Positions 48,434 through 59,988 of a stretch of 64,000 nucleotides of DNA are shown here, piece by piece (position 1 is the first letter of the stretch; each line of letters begins with the position of its first letter). Source of the DNA: an uncultured Acidobacteriota bacterium (lineage in GTDB: Bacteria > Acidobacteriota > Vicinamibacteria > Vicinamibacterales > CAVVIG01). The notes under the pieces are model-generated. The model was not told where the DNA came from. It made no database searches and was given only the letters and a program-made list of their open reading frames with translations. Where the stretch lies: the NCBI GenBank assembly GCA_963750035.1, contig CAVVPE010000019.1, forward strand, positions 61,088-125,087, written 5' to 3'. Position numbers and translations under genes: made by a program.

Positions 48434-49648
48434 TCCGCTACCGCGCGCGGTGGCTCGTCCCGATCTGCGAGCCGCCCATCAGGGATGGGTGGGTCGCGAT
48501 CGATCGCGGGCGGATCGTCGCGCTACGGGCGTCCCGCGCCCGGCGACACCCAGGGCGAGCTCGACCTCGGCGACGTGGCGATCCTTCCGGGCCTCGTCAA
48601 CGCCCACACCCACCTCGAGCTGTCCTACCTTCGGGATCAGGTCGATCCGTCGGCCGATTTCGTCACGCTGGATTCGAGGTGTCGTCGCGGCGCGGCGGCA
48701 GCGTCCCGATCCGAAGTCCGCCGAGATCATCGAGCGGCGTCGAAGCGCGCCATCGCCGAATCCATGGCCTGCGGCACCGCGATCGTCGGCGATATCAGCA
48801 ACACGCTGGTGACGTTCGATCCGCTCGCCCGGAGCGCCGCTGGCAGGCGTCGTGTTTTACGAACTGATTCGCTTCGCCGCTCGACGGTGCCGAACGGGTC
48901 GTGGCCGATGCGATGCGGCAGCTGGACGGCCTGGTCGCCGACCGACCTGGTGCGCGCAGGCCTGGCGGCGCACGCGCCCTATTCGGTGGCGCCGCTGGTG
49001 TTTCGCGCGATCCGCGCGGCCGCGCGCCGGGATCCGCTCGCCCCCTGCAGCGTCCACCTGTCGGAATCGGTCGAAGAGGTCGAGTTCATCCGGACCGGCA
49101 GCGGCCCCTGGCGCGACGTTCCTCGAGGAGCTCGGCGCCTGGGATCCGGCCTGGGTCCCGCCCGGCGGCAGCCCCGTGCAGTTTCTCGAGGATTGCGGAT
49201 TCCTGGACGCTCGCGTCCTCGCCGTGCACGGCGTCCAGATGTCCCCGGACGACCTGAGGCGCCTCGAAGCACGCGGCGCGACGCTCGTCACGTGCCCGCG
49301 CAGCAATGGGCACACCGGCGCCGGCGCGCCGCCGCTCGAGGACTTCTACGCGTCCGGCGTTCGCGTCGCGATCGGCACCGACAGCCTGGCGAGCTCGCCC
49401 GACTTGAACGTGTTCGCGGAGCTGGCGACGATGCGAGCGCTGGCGCCGTCGATACCGGCGACCGTCGCTGCTGGAGAGCGCGACCTGGCAGGGTGCGCGA
49501 GCGCTCGGCTTCGACGCCGACTTCGGCACGATCGAGCCCGGCAAGCGTGCGCGCCTGCTGGCCGTGGCGATGCCGCCGGAACGACGATGTGGAAGAATAC
49601 CTGGTGTCGGGGATCGGGCCGGAACAGATTCGATGGCTGGAAACGTGA
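48430..49648 (+). CDS. Amidohydrolase, probable aminodeoxyfutalosine deaminase; frameshifted
   Basis: PGLVNAHTHLELS; AHAPYSV; VHLSESVEE; AVHGV; CPRSN; GTDSLAS; lies between mqnC and the prenyltransferase. Confidence 0.8.
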
Positions 49649-50512
49649 GCGACCGCAACGTGTTCGGACGAGTGGCCACCTACTTGTCGTTCGTGCGCTT
49701 CAGCCACTCGGTGTTCGCGCTGCCGTTCGCGCTGGCCGGTGCGCTGCTGGCGGCGCGCCACGCGCCGCTGACCTGGCCGACGATTGCGTGGATCCTGGTG
49801 GCCATGGTGGCGGCGCGCAGCGCGGCGATGGGGTTCAACCGGCTCGTCGACGCGCGCTTCGACGCGCTGAACCCGCGCACGGCGAATCGCGAGATTCCGC
49901 GCGGCGCCATGTCCGCGCGCGAAGCGGTCGTCTTTGTCGTCGCCGCGGCGGCGGTGTTCGTTTACGCCGCATGGCGGCTGAACCCGATCTGCTTTGCGTT
50001 GTCGCCGGTGGCGCTCGCGATCGTGTTCTGGTACTCGCTGGCGAAGCGCTACACGGCGTGGACCCAGCTGTTCCTCGGTCTCGCGATGGCGGTCGCGCCG
50101 GTCGGGGGGTGGCTGGCCGTCGGCGGGCGCGGCGGACTGGGAACCATGGCTGCTGGCACTCGCCATCGGTGCCTGGGTGGGCGGCTTCGACGTGCTGTAC
50201 GCCTGCCAGGACCTCGACTTCGATCGCGCTCACGGCCTGCGCTCCATCCCGGTGCGATTCGGCGTGCGGTCGGCGCTCGCGATTTCTCGGGCGATGCACG
50301 CCGTGACCGTCGTCTGTCTCCTCGCGCTCGGCGCGGTGACGCCGCTGCCGTGGTTCTACTACGCGGGTGTCGGGGTGGTGGCGGCGCTGCTCGTCTACGA
50401 GCAGTCGCTGGTGAGGCCGACCGATTTGTCACAGGTGAAGCGGGCCTTCGATCTGAACGGCTACGTCGGCATCCTGTACCTGCTGGTCCTCGCGCTGTCG
50501 TTATGGCGATGA
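49645..50512 (+). CDS. ubiA: UbiA-family polyprenyltransferase (MqnP-like)
   Basis: FSHSVFALPFA; ARSAAMGFNRLVDARFDALNPRTANREIP; GFDVLYACQDLDFD. Confidence 0.9.
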
Positions 50513-50516
50513 CGCG

Positions 50517-51144
50517 ATGAAGTCGATCGCGGTCGGCGTCACCGGGGCCAGCGGCGCCATCTACGCGACGCGGACGGTCGCGGCGCTGCTGATCGCTTGG
50601 CTTGCATGTCGAGCTGGTCGTCTCCGATTACGGCCGCCGCCTGCTGCGCGACGAGCTCGGGGAGTCGGCGTCGCTCGACCGGCTGAAGGCCTTTCTGGCG
50701 GGGAAGTACGGCGACGCCGTCACCGCCGGAACGGTCACGATCCACAACAATCGCGATCTCGGGGCGACCATCGCCAGCGGCAGCCACGGCTGCAGCGGGA
50801 TGGTCGTCGTGCCGTGCTCGATGAAAACGCTGGCCGGCGTCGCCCACGGGCTGTCGCGCAACCTCATCGAGCGCGCGGCCGACGTCATGCTGAAGGAGCG
50901 GCGGACACTCGTGCTCGTCCCGCGCGAGACGCCGATGAGCCTGCCGCAGCTCAAGAACATGGTGCTCTGCGCGGAGGCCGGCGCGATGATCCTGCCGGCG
51001 ATGCCGGCGTTCTACCAGCTGCCGAAGACCCTCGACGACCTCGCCGATTTCATGGCCGGCAAGATCCTCAGCTCGCTCGGCTTCGAACACGACCTGTATC
51101 CGCAGTGGACCGGCCAGGTCGACACGGTAGGCCCGGCCTCTTAG
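50517..51144 (+). CDS. ubiX: Flavin prenyltransferase UbiX
   Basis: GVTGASGAIY; IASGS; PCSMKTLA; NLIERAADV; PRETP; PAMPAFY. Confidence 0.92.
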
Positions 51145-51158
51145 GCCGGGCGGAATCT

Positions 51159-52810
51159 TCAGGATCCATTTGCCGGCAGCAGCGCTTCTGCCGCGGCGAT
51201 CTCGAACGTCGCGTCCTGGAACGGGGCGCCGACGATCGTGTCCACCACTTCGAACCGTTTCGTTTCTCCCGGCTGCAGGACGTCCTTGATCACGTCTTCC
51301 CGCCGCTGGACGACAACGCCGTCACCGTCTGCGTAAGTGGCGCGGTAGATCAAGCTTCTAAACGCGACTCGCGGGTTGACGTTCGTCACCATCACCGTCC
51401 ACACCGCGGCGCCGCCGGTTGCGATGCGCACGGTGCTCTCGACGATCTTCAAGTCCTTGACGTCGTGGGGTCGGGACGGATCGGAAATGGCGCGGGGGCC
51501 GGCATCGATCGCGTACGGCCGCCGGTGTCCGAAGATCTCCGGCTGTTTCTCCCGAATCGCGGCCGCGACCACCTCGCGATTGGTGTACAGCGACTGCTCG
51601 GGGCCCTGGATCCACGCCAGCGCCGCATGGAACGCGATATTGACGGCGAGCACCACGGCCGCGACGCGCCGCCAGCGGGGCGAGTCGATGAGCGTCCAGC
51701 ACGACGCGGCGAAAATGAAGGCGATCGGCGCCACCGCGAAGAACGCATGAGCCTGCGGCTCCTCCTTGACGAACCAATAGCTCGCGTAGACGAGAACGAC
51801 GGTAAACGCGACGACAGCGCGCAGGGGCAGCCAGTCGGGACGCTCGGCGCTGGCCGCCGAAGCGCGAACGCGGAGGGGCGAACGCCGACACCAGCATCCA
51901 CACCGGCTGCACAAAGCCAGCCACGAGCACGACGGCGGCGAGCGGCACGATCCAGGGATGCCCGACGATGAACATCAGCCGCTTCGCGTTGTCGGTGGCG
52001 ACGAACCGGTTGATCTCGAGGCTCGCGAACGAAAAGAACTGCGCCAGCGTGACGAGCAGTCGATCGGGCGAGACGACGTGAAAGTACAGGTTGGTCGCCG
52101 CTCCGCCGGATCCGCCGCCCAGCCCGTACTTCAGGAACGTCGGTGCGAGGACCACCGCGGGAATCGCGGCGCCGAGCGCCAGCCACCCGGCGTGGCGGAC
52201 GCCGCGCAGGTACAGCGCGATGGCGGCGAAAGGCAGCAGCAGCGGCCACGACATGTGGACCTGCATGATCCAGGTGAGTGCCGCGCCCATCGCCAGAAAC
52301 GCGGTGCGCGGCGAGAGTACGCCGATCGACAACGCTGGCACGGCTTCGAAGAAGCCGACGAAGAAGAGGATCGCGGCCGGCAGCACGTACGAGGGGTTAT
52401 TGACGTGTGTCGAGAACTGGAGCGTCCAGGGCGCGGTGAGCAGCCATCCCCAGACCAGCCATCGAGGGAGCGATGGCTCGCGGCGGCAGATGTAGGCCGC
52501 GAGCCCGCAGAGCGCGGCGAACGACAACACGTTGAGAAACACGAACGGCGCCTCGGGCACGGGCGCGATCCGGAGCGGCACGCCGACGAGCAGCGGCTGC
52601 AGCGCTCCGGCAATCTGGCTCTGCGTCCAGACGACGTCGGGGCCGAAATACGGCCAGCCACCGGTCGCGTAGTACCGCAGGCCCATCAAGTAGATCTGGG
52701 TCTCGTCTTCCGACCAGAATTCCGACGCAAGACCGAAGGCGAGACGGCCGAGGAAGAGAGCCGCGAGAGCGCCGATCCAGGCAGGGCGGCGCAGCGAGTC
52801 GGGGATCCTC
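51159..52810 (-). CDS. Multi-pass membrane protein, GT-C/ArnT-like architecture with soluble C-terminal domain; start uncertain
   Basis: FWSEDETQIY acidic motif after the first TM; many TM segments; one frame change near 51870. Confidence 0.65.
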
Positions 52811-52840
52811 GTTTTCAGATTTAAGATTGTCGATTGTACC

Positions 52841-53536
52841 GTGACCGACGTTTCGAAATCGGCGCCGAAGATCGCAGGCATGTTCGATGCGATCGCCGCC
52901 CGCTACGATTTCCTCAATCACTTCCTGAGCGCCGGCATCGATCGGCACTGGCGGACCCAGGCGGTCCGCAGCCTCCGCCTGACCGGCTCGGAGCGCGTGC
53001 TCGATCTCTGCACGGGCACCGGCGATCTGGCGATTGCGCTGCGCACCGGTCATCCGGGCGCGGCGCGGGTCGTCGGCGTCGACTTCGCGGCGGCGATGCT
53101 GGCGATGGGCCTCGACAAGGTGAGGCGGCGCGGACTCGCCGACCGCGTTCAACTGGTGCGCGCGGATGCGACGAGGGTGCCGCTGTCCAGCGGCTCGACC
53201 GACGCGGTGACGATCGCGTTCGGCATCAGGAACGTAGAAGACCCGGAGGCGGCGTGCCGGGAAATGCTTCGCGTCCTCGTCCCTGGCGGCCGTCTCGCCA
53301 TCCTCGAGTTCGCGGTGCCTTCGTCGCCGCTGGTCCGCTCGGTGTACATGACCTATTTCAAGCACGTGCTGCCGCGGCTGGGCCGGCTGATCTCGCGCCA
53401 CGACACGGCATACGAGTACTTGCCGGCATCGGTCGGCGCGTTTGCGTCGCCTGCTGAGTTTGCCTCGCTCCTTCGTGGCGCGGGATTTGTCGATGTTTCA
53501 ATACGCCCGCTCACGGCCGGGGCCGTGGTGCTGTAG
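52841..53536 (+). CDS. menG: Menaquinone methyltransferase MenG/UbiE
   Basis: MFDAIAARYDFLNHFLSAGIDRHWR; LDLCTGTGD; IAFGIRNV; YEYLPASV. Confidence 0.92.
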   Translation: MTDVSKSAPKIAGMFDAIAARYDFLNHFLSAGIDRHWRTQAVRSLRLTGSERVLDLCTGTGDLAIALRTGHPGAARVVGVDFAAAMLAMGLDKVRRRGLADRVQLVRADATRVPLSSGSTDAVTIAFGIRNVEDPEAACREMLRVLVPGGRLAILEFAVPSSPLVRSVYMTYFKHVLPRLGRLISRHDTAYEYLPASVGAFASPAEFASLLRGAGFVDVSIRPLTAGAVVL

Positions 53537-53559
53537 CGGGGCGCAAGTATAAAAGTGGG

Positions 53560-53596
53560 TTGAGAGTTAGTGAGTTGGAGAGTTGAGAGTGAGTCG
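53560..53596 (+). repeat. GAGAGTT/GAGTTG-type tandem array, family of 22365-22457
   Basis: ttgagagttagtgagttggagagttgagagtgagt. Confidence 0.6.
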
Positions 53597-53683
53597 CGAG
53601 AGCCGCTAGGCTGAACCTGATTCGCGAATTCACCAGCTCGACGGCCTCCAGAAGTCGCCGCTGGTATACTGGCTAACTACCTG

Positions 53684-54640
53684 ATGTACTTCGATTTCGA
53701 GGACCACCGTCCGGACATCACGCCGGTGGGCCGCGCCATCTCGTGGCGCGAGGGGGTCCTCATCTCGATCATCGTCCACATGGCGATGGTGATCGTGCTG
53801 TTGACAGCGCCCCAGTGGCTCGTCGCCCGCGTGGCGCGCGTCCCCGAAGCGGTGGTTGCCGCCAAGGACGACAAGGACGAACCGCTCCGGTTCATCTTCG
53901 TCCAGCCGAGAGTGGACATGCCCGCGCCGAAACCGCCGCCGCGCGCCGACCTTTCCGACAAGGATCGCGTCGCCCGGGCACCGGAGCGTGCCGAGAAGCC
54001 GACGAACCCGCTCCCGTACTCGCGCGGCAACTCGCGGGAACTGGCTGAGGCGCTGGAAGCGGAGCGAGCGCGCGGCCGCGGCCCTGTTCCTGAACCTCAG
54101 GCCGGCCCGCCGGCGGAACCGAGTCCGCCCGACAACACGCCCGTGCCCGAGCAGCAGTCGGCGCTGGCGCTGCCGGTGCCTCCGAAGCCGCCACCGACGA
54201 CCGGCGCGGGCGGCCGTGCCTCGGGCGGTTCGCTCGGCGACGCCCTGCGGAACCTCGAGCGGTACGTCCAGGATCAGCAGCTCAGCAACCCGCGCGGCGG
54301 CAACGGCGACTTCGGTCCGGCGATCCAGTTCGACACGATGGGCGTCGACTTCGGCCGCTGGATCCTGCGCTTCAAAGCGCAAGTCGAGCGCAACTGGTTC
54401 CCGCTGATTCCCCAGGCGGCGATGTCGATGAGCGGCCACACCGTGCTCACCTTCAATGTCCACAAGAACGGCACGATCACCGACCTCACCGTCGTGCAGC
54501 CGTCGCGGATCGACGGCTTCAACAACGCGGCGTACGGCGCGATGGTCTCGTCGAACCCGACCATCCCGCTGCCGCCCGAGTATCCGGCCGACAAGGCGTT
54601 TTTCACGGTCACGTTCTTCTACAACGAATCGCCGCGGTAG
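53684..54640 (+). CDS. TonB-family energy transducer
   Basis: Single TM with SxxxH (ISIIVH); Pro-rich linker; TonB_C-like end VERNW...FNVHKNGTITD...FFTVTFFYN; TGgTATACT promoter at 53662-53670. Confidence 0.85.
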   Translation: MYFDFEDHRPDITPVGRAISWREGVLISIIVHMAMVIVLLTAPQWLVARVARVPEAVVAAKDDKDEPLRFIFVQPRVDMPAPKPPPRADLSDKDRVARAPERAEKPTNPLPYSRGNSRELAEALEAERARGRGPVPEPQAGPPAEPSPPDNTPVPEQQSALALPVPPKPPPTTGAGGRASGGSLGDALRNLERYVQDQQLSNPRGGNGDFGPAIQFDTMGVDFGRWILRFKAQVERNWFPLIPQAAMSMSGHTVLTFNVHKNGTITDLTVVQPSRIDGFNNAAYGAMVSSNPTIPLPPEYPADKAFFTVTFFYNESPR

Positions 54641-54649
54641 CTGCTTCCG

Positions 54650-54730
54650 ATGCTGCACCCGCCGCCCAGCAGCTGGGCCTGCTCATCCTGCTGTTCGTGT
54701 TCATCGCGTACGTGCTTCTGCGGACTGGTG
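54650..54730 (+). CDS. Putative small single-TM protein, boundaries uncertain
   Basis: Frame reading AAQQLGLLILLFVFIAYVLLRTG with GC3-rich codons; needs one indel after ATG 54650. Confidence 0.45.
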
Positions 54731-55687
54731 CGAAGTCGACTTCCGGCGCCGCGACGTCCGCTCGTCGTCGCGATTCTCGGGCCGACGGCAACGGGGAAGA
54801 GCGCGTTGGCGCTCGCGCTGGCCGCCGAGCGTCGAGGTGAGATCGTCAACTGCGACTCGACCGCGGTGTACCGGGGCTTCGACATCGGCACCGACAAGGT
54901 CGCCCCCAGCGATCGGCGCGGCATCCCGCATCACCTGATCGACATCGTCGATCCCACGGCTGAATACACGGCGGCCCAGTACGCCAGGGATGCCGCGAGC
55001 GTGATCCGAGAGGTGCACGCGCGTGGCGGGCTGCCGTTCGTCGTGGGCGGCACCGGCTTCTATTACCGCGCGCTCACGCGGGGGTTGTTCCCGGGGCCGG
55101 GCAGTGATGCGGCGCTCCGGCAGCGGTTGGCAGATGTCGCCGAGCGGCGCGGCGTCACGTTCCTGCACCGCATGCTCGCCCGCGTGGATCCCGAGTCGGC
55201 ACGGCGAATCCAGCCGCGCGACCTGAAGCGGATCGTTCGGGCCCTCGAAGTGTTCTTCCTGACCGGCCGCCCGCTCACCGCCCACTTCGCCGAAACGACC
55301 TCGCCCATCCCCGACATGGACGTGCTCGCCATCGGGCTGCGGATGCCGGCCGCGGCCATCTCGGCGCGCGTGACGAGGAGGGTTGACGAGCAGTTCGAGC
55401 GCGGCCTGCTCGACGAGATTCGCGGCCTGCTCAGGAGCGGCGTGCCCGAGAGCGCGCGTCCGTTTGGCGGGCTCGTGTATCGGCAGGCGCTCGAGCACCT
55501 GCACGGGGTCCGCGACGAAACGGCGACGCGGGCGCTCATCGCGCAGGAGAACCGCCGCTACGCGCGCCGGCAGTTGATCTGGTTCCGCAAAGAGCCTAAT
55601 CTACGGTGGTTTGACGGCCCCGGCGACTCGCCCGCCACGATCGCAGCCGTCGACGAGATGCTGAATCACGCCTTCTCCGCTCACTAG
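54728..55687 (+). CDS. miaA: tRNA dimethylallyltransferase
   Basis: GPTATGKS; NCDSTAVYRGFDIGTDK; VGGTGFY; RRYARRQLIWFR. Confidence 0.95.
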   Translation: MRSRLPAPRRPLVVAILGPTATGKSALALALAAERRGEIVNCDSTAVYRGFDIGTDKVAPSDRRGIPHHLIDIVDPTAEYTAAQYARDAASVIREVHARGGLPFVVGGTGFYYRALTRGLFPGPGSDAALRQRLADVAERRGVTFLHRMLARVDPESARRIQPRDLKRIVRALEVFFLTGRPLTAHFAETTSPIPDMDVLAIGLRMPAAAISARVTRRVDEQFERGLLDEIRGLLRSGVPESARPFGGLVYRQALEHLHGVRDETATRALIAQENRRYARRQLIWFRKEPNLRWFDGPGDSPATIAAVDEMLNHAFSAH

Positions 55688-55690
55688 CGC

Positions 55691-56878
55691 GTGGCCGCGC
55701 CCACCCGAGCCATCGTCATCGTCCTCGACAGCGTCGGCATCGGCGCGTTGCCGGATGCCGCGGCGTACGGCGACGAAGGCAGCGACACGCTCGGCCACAT
55801 CGCGAGCGCCGTGCCGCTGGCCTTGCCGACCCTGCGCGCGCTTGGTCTCGGTCGCGTCGCCGCGCTCGGCCCGGCCTCTGGCCAGGGCACCAATTCCAGC
55901 CTTCCGACTGCCGTCGGCCGCATGGCCGAAGCCTCGGCCGGCAAGGATTCCGTCACGGGTCACTGGGAGATGATGGGCATCGTGCTGGATCGCGCGTTTC
56001 CGGTCTTTCCACACGGATTCGCGCCGGAACTCCTCGACGATTTCTCGCGCCAGACCGGCCGCGGCGTGCTCGGCAACAAGGCCGCGTCGGGGACGGTGAT
56101 CATCGACGAGCTCGGCGCCGAGCACATGAAGACCGGCAAGTGGATCGTGTACACGTCGGCCGACAGCGTGTTTCAGATCGCCGCGCACGAGGAAATCGTG
56201 CCCGTTCCTGAGCTCTATCGTGCGTGCGAAGTCGCCTACCGGCTGGCCGGGGAAGGGTTGGGTGTCGGCCGCGTCATCGCCCGTCCGTTCATTGGCAGAC
56301 CGGGCCATTTCAAGCGGACGGCGAATCGCCGCGATTTTGCGCTGCCGCCCGCCGGCGAGACACTGCTGGATCGGCTCAGGTCGGCGTCGCGTCCGGTCGT
56401 CGCAATCGGCAAGATTGAAGATCTGTTTGCAGGCCGCGGCATCTCGACGGCGATTCATACGGCGAGCGACGAGGAGGGAATGGACAGCGTCCTCACTCAG
56501 ATGGAGTCGGTGCGCGACGGGTTGATCTTCACCAACCTCGTCGATTTCGACACGCAGTACGGCCATCGCAACGACGTCACCGGCTACGCACAGAACCTGG
56601 AGCGGTTCGATGTGCGGCTTGCCGGGCTTCTGCCTCGCCTGCGAGACGACGACCTGCTCGTCGTCACGGCCGACCACGGCAACGATCCGGCGACGCCGAG
56701 CACCGATCATTCACGCGAATACGTACCGATCATTGCCGCCGGCGCCGCCGTCCGCGCCAACACCGACCTGGGCACGCGACAGACCTTCGCCGATCTCGGC
56801 CAGACGCTCGCCGACCTGTTCGGTGTCGCTCCGCTCGCCCACGGCACGAGCTTCCTGCATGAGATCCTCGAGCGATAA
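55691..56878 (+). CDS. deoB: Phosphopentomutase
   Basis: VLDSVGIG; [10 protein letters not shown]; [14 protein letters not shown]; YGHRND; TADHGNDP; DHSREY. Confidence 0.96.
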   Translation: MAAPTRAIVIVLDSVGIGALPDAAAYGDEGSDTLGHIASAVPLALPTLRALGLGRVAALGPASGQGTNSSLPTAVGRMAEASAGKDSVTGHWEMMGIVLDRAFPVFPHGFAPELLDDFSRQTGRGVLGNKAASGTVIIDELGAEHMKTGKWIVYTSADSVFQIAAHEEIVPVPELYRACEVAYRLAGEGLGVGRVIARPFIGRPGHFKRTANRRDFALPPAGETLLDRLRSASRPVVAIGKIEDLFAGRGISTAIHTASDEEGMDSVLTQMESVRDGLIFTNLVDFDTQYGHRNDVTGYAQNLERFDVRLAGLLPRLRDDDLLVVTADHGNDPATPSTDHSREYVPIIAAGAAVRANTDLGTRQTFADLGQTLADLFGVAPLAHGTSFLHEILER

Positions 56879-57925
56879 AGGCGCGGCGACGCTGCGCGAG
56901 CAACTGGAGGCGCGGGAGCGCGAGATCCTCGCGCCGCAGGCGACCAAGAGCGCCGATTCGCGCGGACGCCTGCGGCCGGAGCGGGAGGACGATGTCCGGC
57001 CGGCCTTTCAGCGGGATCGCGATCGCATCATCCACTGCAAGGCATTCCGGCGCCTCAAGCACAAGACACAGGTCTTTTTCGCGCCGACCGGCGACCATTA
57101 CCGGACGCGCCTCACGCACACGCTCGAGGTGTCACAAATCGCGCGGACGATCGCCAAGGTGCTGCGCCTGCACGAGGAACTGACTGAGGCGATTGCGCTC
57201 GGCCACGATCTCGGGCACTCGCCGTTTGGCCACGCCGGCGAGCGGATCATCGACCGGCTGATGCCCGGGGGGTTCAACCACTACGAGCAGAGCCTCCGCA
57301 TCGTCGACGTCCTGGAAAACGACCGCCGCGGCCTGAACCTCACCTGGGAAGTCCGCGACGGGATCGCGAAGCATTCGAAAGGGAAGTCGGGGGCGCCGGT
57401 GGGCATGCCAGCGGCGGTTCGCGCGAGCACGATCGAAGGCCAGATCATGCGCGTCGCGGACCTGATCGCCTACGTCAACCACGACATCGACGACTCGACG
57501 CGCGCGGGGCTGATCCGTCCCGAGGACCTGCCGCGCGACCTGGTCGCCACGCTCGGCTCGACGCTCGTCGGCACGAATTGGCACGCTCGTCACGGACGTC
57601 GTCACGGAAACGCTCGACGGCGAACCTGACCGAGATTCGAATGAGCCAGCCAATTCTCGATGCCGTCCTGGGGCTGCGCGCGTTCCTGTTCGATGCGGTC
57701 TACGAGAACACGGTTGCCACCGCCGAGTTCCGGAAAGCCTCCGACATCCTGTCAGGGCTGTGGGAGAAGGTCCGCGAGCGGCCCGGCGAGTTCCTCGATG
57801 TGAAGACCGTCGAGGACGAAGGGCTCGACGCGGCGACGCGCGACTTCGTGGCCGGCATGACCGACCGCTACGCCATCCGGCTGTTCGAACAGCTTTTCAT
57901 TCCCAAGCCCTGGGCGATTGAATAG
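56859..57925 (+). CDS. dgt: Deoxyguanosinetriphosphate triphosphohydrolase-like HD protein; one indel, start approximate
   Basis: [24 protein letters not shown]; [10 protein letters not shown]; [14 protein letters not shown]; [11 protein letters not shown]. Confidence 0.92.
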
Positions 57926-57954
57926 TCCTCGGCCGATTGGTGTATGGTGGCGGC

Positions 57955-59507
57955 ATGCTGAAACCGGTCAGGGCGATCGTGACGCGGCGCGGGTTTCTCG
58001 AGCGTCTCGGCCTGATTGGCGGCTCCTCGCTGGTGATGACCGCCATGAGCTCGTGGACCTGATGGCCGGGCAGGCCGGCGTGCGCCCTTCCTTGTCGGGC
58101 CGGCCGAGGAAGTCGCGAAGGTCGTCGTGCTGGGCGCCGGCATGTCCGGGCTCGTCGTCGGCTACGAGCTGGGAAGCTTGGGCTACGACTACCACATCCT
58201 CGAAGCGCGCGACCGGGTCGGCGGCCTGGCGTGGACGGTGCGCCGCGGCAGCGAGCACACCGAGATCGGCGGCGAGCGGCAGGTCTGCAGATTCGACGAG
58301 GCATTACATCAACGTCGGCCCCTGGCGAATCCCGTATACGCATACCGGCGTGCTGAACTACTGCAAAGAGCTCGGCGTGCCGATGGAGCTGTTCGTCAAC
58401 GAGGCCGAGAACGCCTATTTCTTCTACGAGAGCAGGCGGCCGGGCCGCTGGCGGGCAAACGCGTGCGCCTGCGCGAGGTGAAGGCCGACATGATCGGCCA
58501 TACCAACGAGCTCATCGTCAAGGCGATCGATCAGCACCAACTGGACCTGCCGCTGACGGCCGAAGACAGGGAGCGGTTCGTCACCTATCTGACCGCGCAC
58601 GGCTACCTCGATGCGAAGAGCGCGCCTACAGGCGCGTTCGAGACGCGCGGCGCCGGCGATCCGCTACGACGCTCGTGCGCTGCTGCGGGGCGGTTTCGCC
58701 AACCGGCTGCGTTCGATCGCCGCACGCTCGCGGCACGTCGACCGGACTGATGTTCCAGCCGATCGGCGGCATGGACCAGATCCCAAGGCGTTTCAGCGCG
58801 TGATCGGCAGGAACCGCATCACGCTCAACGCGGAGGTGTAGTCGGTCCATCAGACCGACGACCGGCGTGAAGGTCGTGCACGCGACACCAAGAGCGGGCA
58901 AGAAGACGGAATCGACCGCCGATTACGTCGTCGTGTGCATGCCGCTGTCGTGCCTCGCGGGCGTCGACATCAACCTGTCGCCGGAGATGATGACCCCGTG
59001 AAGGCCACCACTTACAGCAACAGCGCGAAGATGGGGCTGGCGATGAAGCGCCGGTTCTGGGAAGAGGACGACCAGATCTTCGGCGGACACCTGTATTCGA
59101 ACTTGCCGCTCGGCGAGTTCTCGTATCCGTCGAACGACTATTTCTCGGCGAAGGGCGTGCTGCTCGGGCTCTACGCGAACGGACCGGTCGGCGATCTGCT
59201 CGATCAGCCGGTGCAGGCGCGCGTCGAGCACGTGCTGACGCACGCCAGCAAGGTGCACCCGCAGATCCGCCAGGAGTTCGAGAGCGCGTACGCGGTGTGG
59301 TGGCGGAAAGTGAAGTACAGCCTCGGCGGGTACGCGTCAGGCGGCGGCGCGGCGCGCCGCCAGCGCAGCTCGCGGAGGTGGACAACCGGATCGTCATCGG
59401 CTCGGCGGCGACCGCGCCGTATTCCTCGCCCGACTGGCTGGAGGGCGCCGTGGCGCCGGCGTGGACAGGCGCTCACCAACCTGCACGAGCGCGCGATGCG
59501 CGCGTAA
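57955..59507 (+). CDS. Flavin monoamine/L-amino-acid oxidase family protein with Tat-like signal; many indels
   Basis: TRRGFL; VVVLGAGMSGL; LEARDRVGG; INVGPWRIP; MFQPIGGMDQI; KRRFWEEDDQIFGG; WLEGAV. Confidence 0.85.
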
Positions 59508-59553
59508 AGGCACGTCGTCGCGGAATCTGTTCGCACGGCTCAGCTGCCGATCG

Positions 59554-59892
59554 ATGAATCGGCCGAACACAACTTCCACCGAGCTGCGTGTGCTGGGAGG
59601 CCTCTGCGTGACGGAAAACTGCCGCACCCTGACGGCGCACCTGGCCCGCGTTGCCGACGATAGCAGAATCGTCATCCTGCGAGTGGACGAACCGGACTCC
59701 TCCCTGGTTCACCTCGCTCAGTATTCCTTTCAGTCGATCACGGCGCTCCAGGAGAAGCTCGCGCAGTACCCGCGAGGAGCGTCATTCACGCTGGACGTCG
59801 GCGCTCTCGACCCGGCCATGGCGACCTCGGTCGTGTCCCGCATTCGGAGGTTCGCCGTCGATCACGGGGTCCGGATCGATCGACAGCCTTGA
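59554..59892 (+). other. Short ORF, possibly a 3' remnant of a longer gene
   Basis: HLAQYSFQSITALQEKLAQYPRGASFTL looks protein-like, but there is no convincing start or RBS. Confidence 0.4.
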
Positions 59893-59988
59893 CGCTCGTC
59901 CGCTCGCCCCAATGAAGGGCGGGAAGGTATACAAGAACGAAGGCCACGGGCGATAGAACACCGAGCCCACCGTGTTACATTGGCGCGC

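Noticed and set aside
54650-54727. Cys-rich N-terminal extension on MiaA
   Set aside because: Better explained as the off-frame of a hydrophobic micro-ORF.
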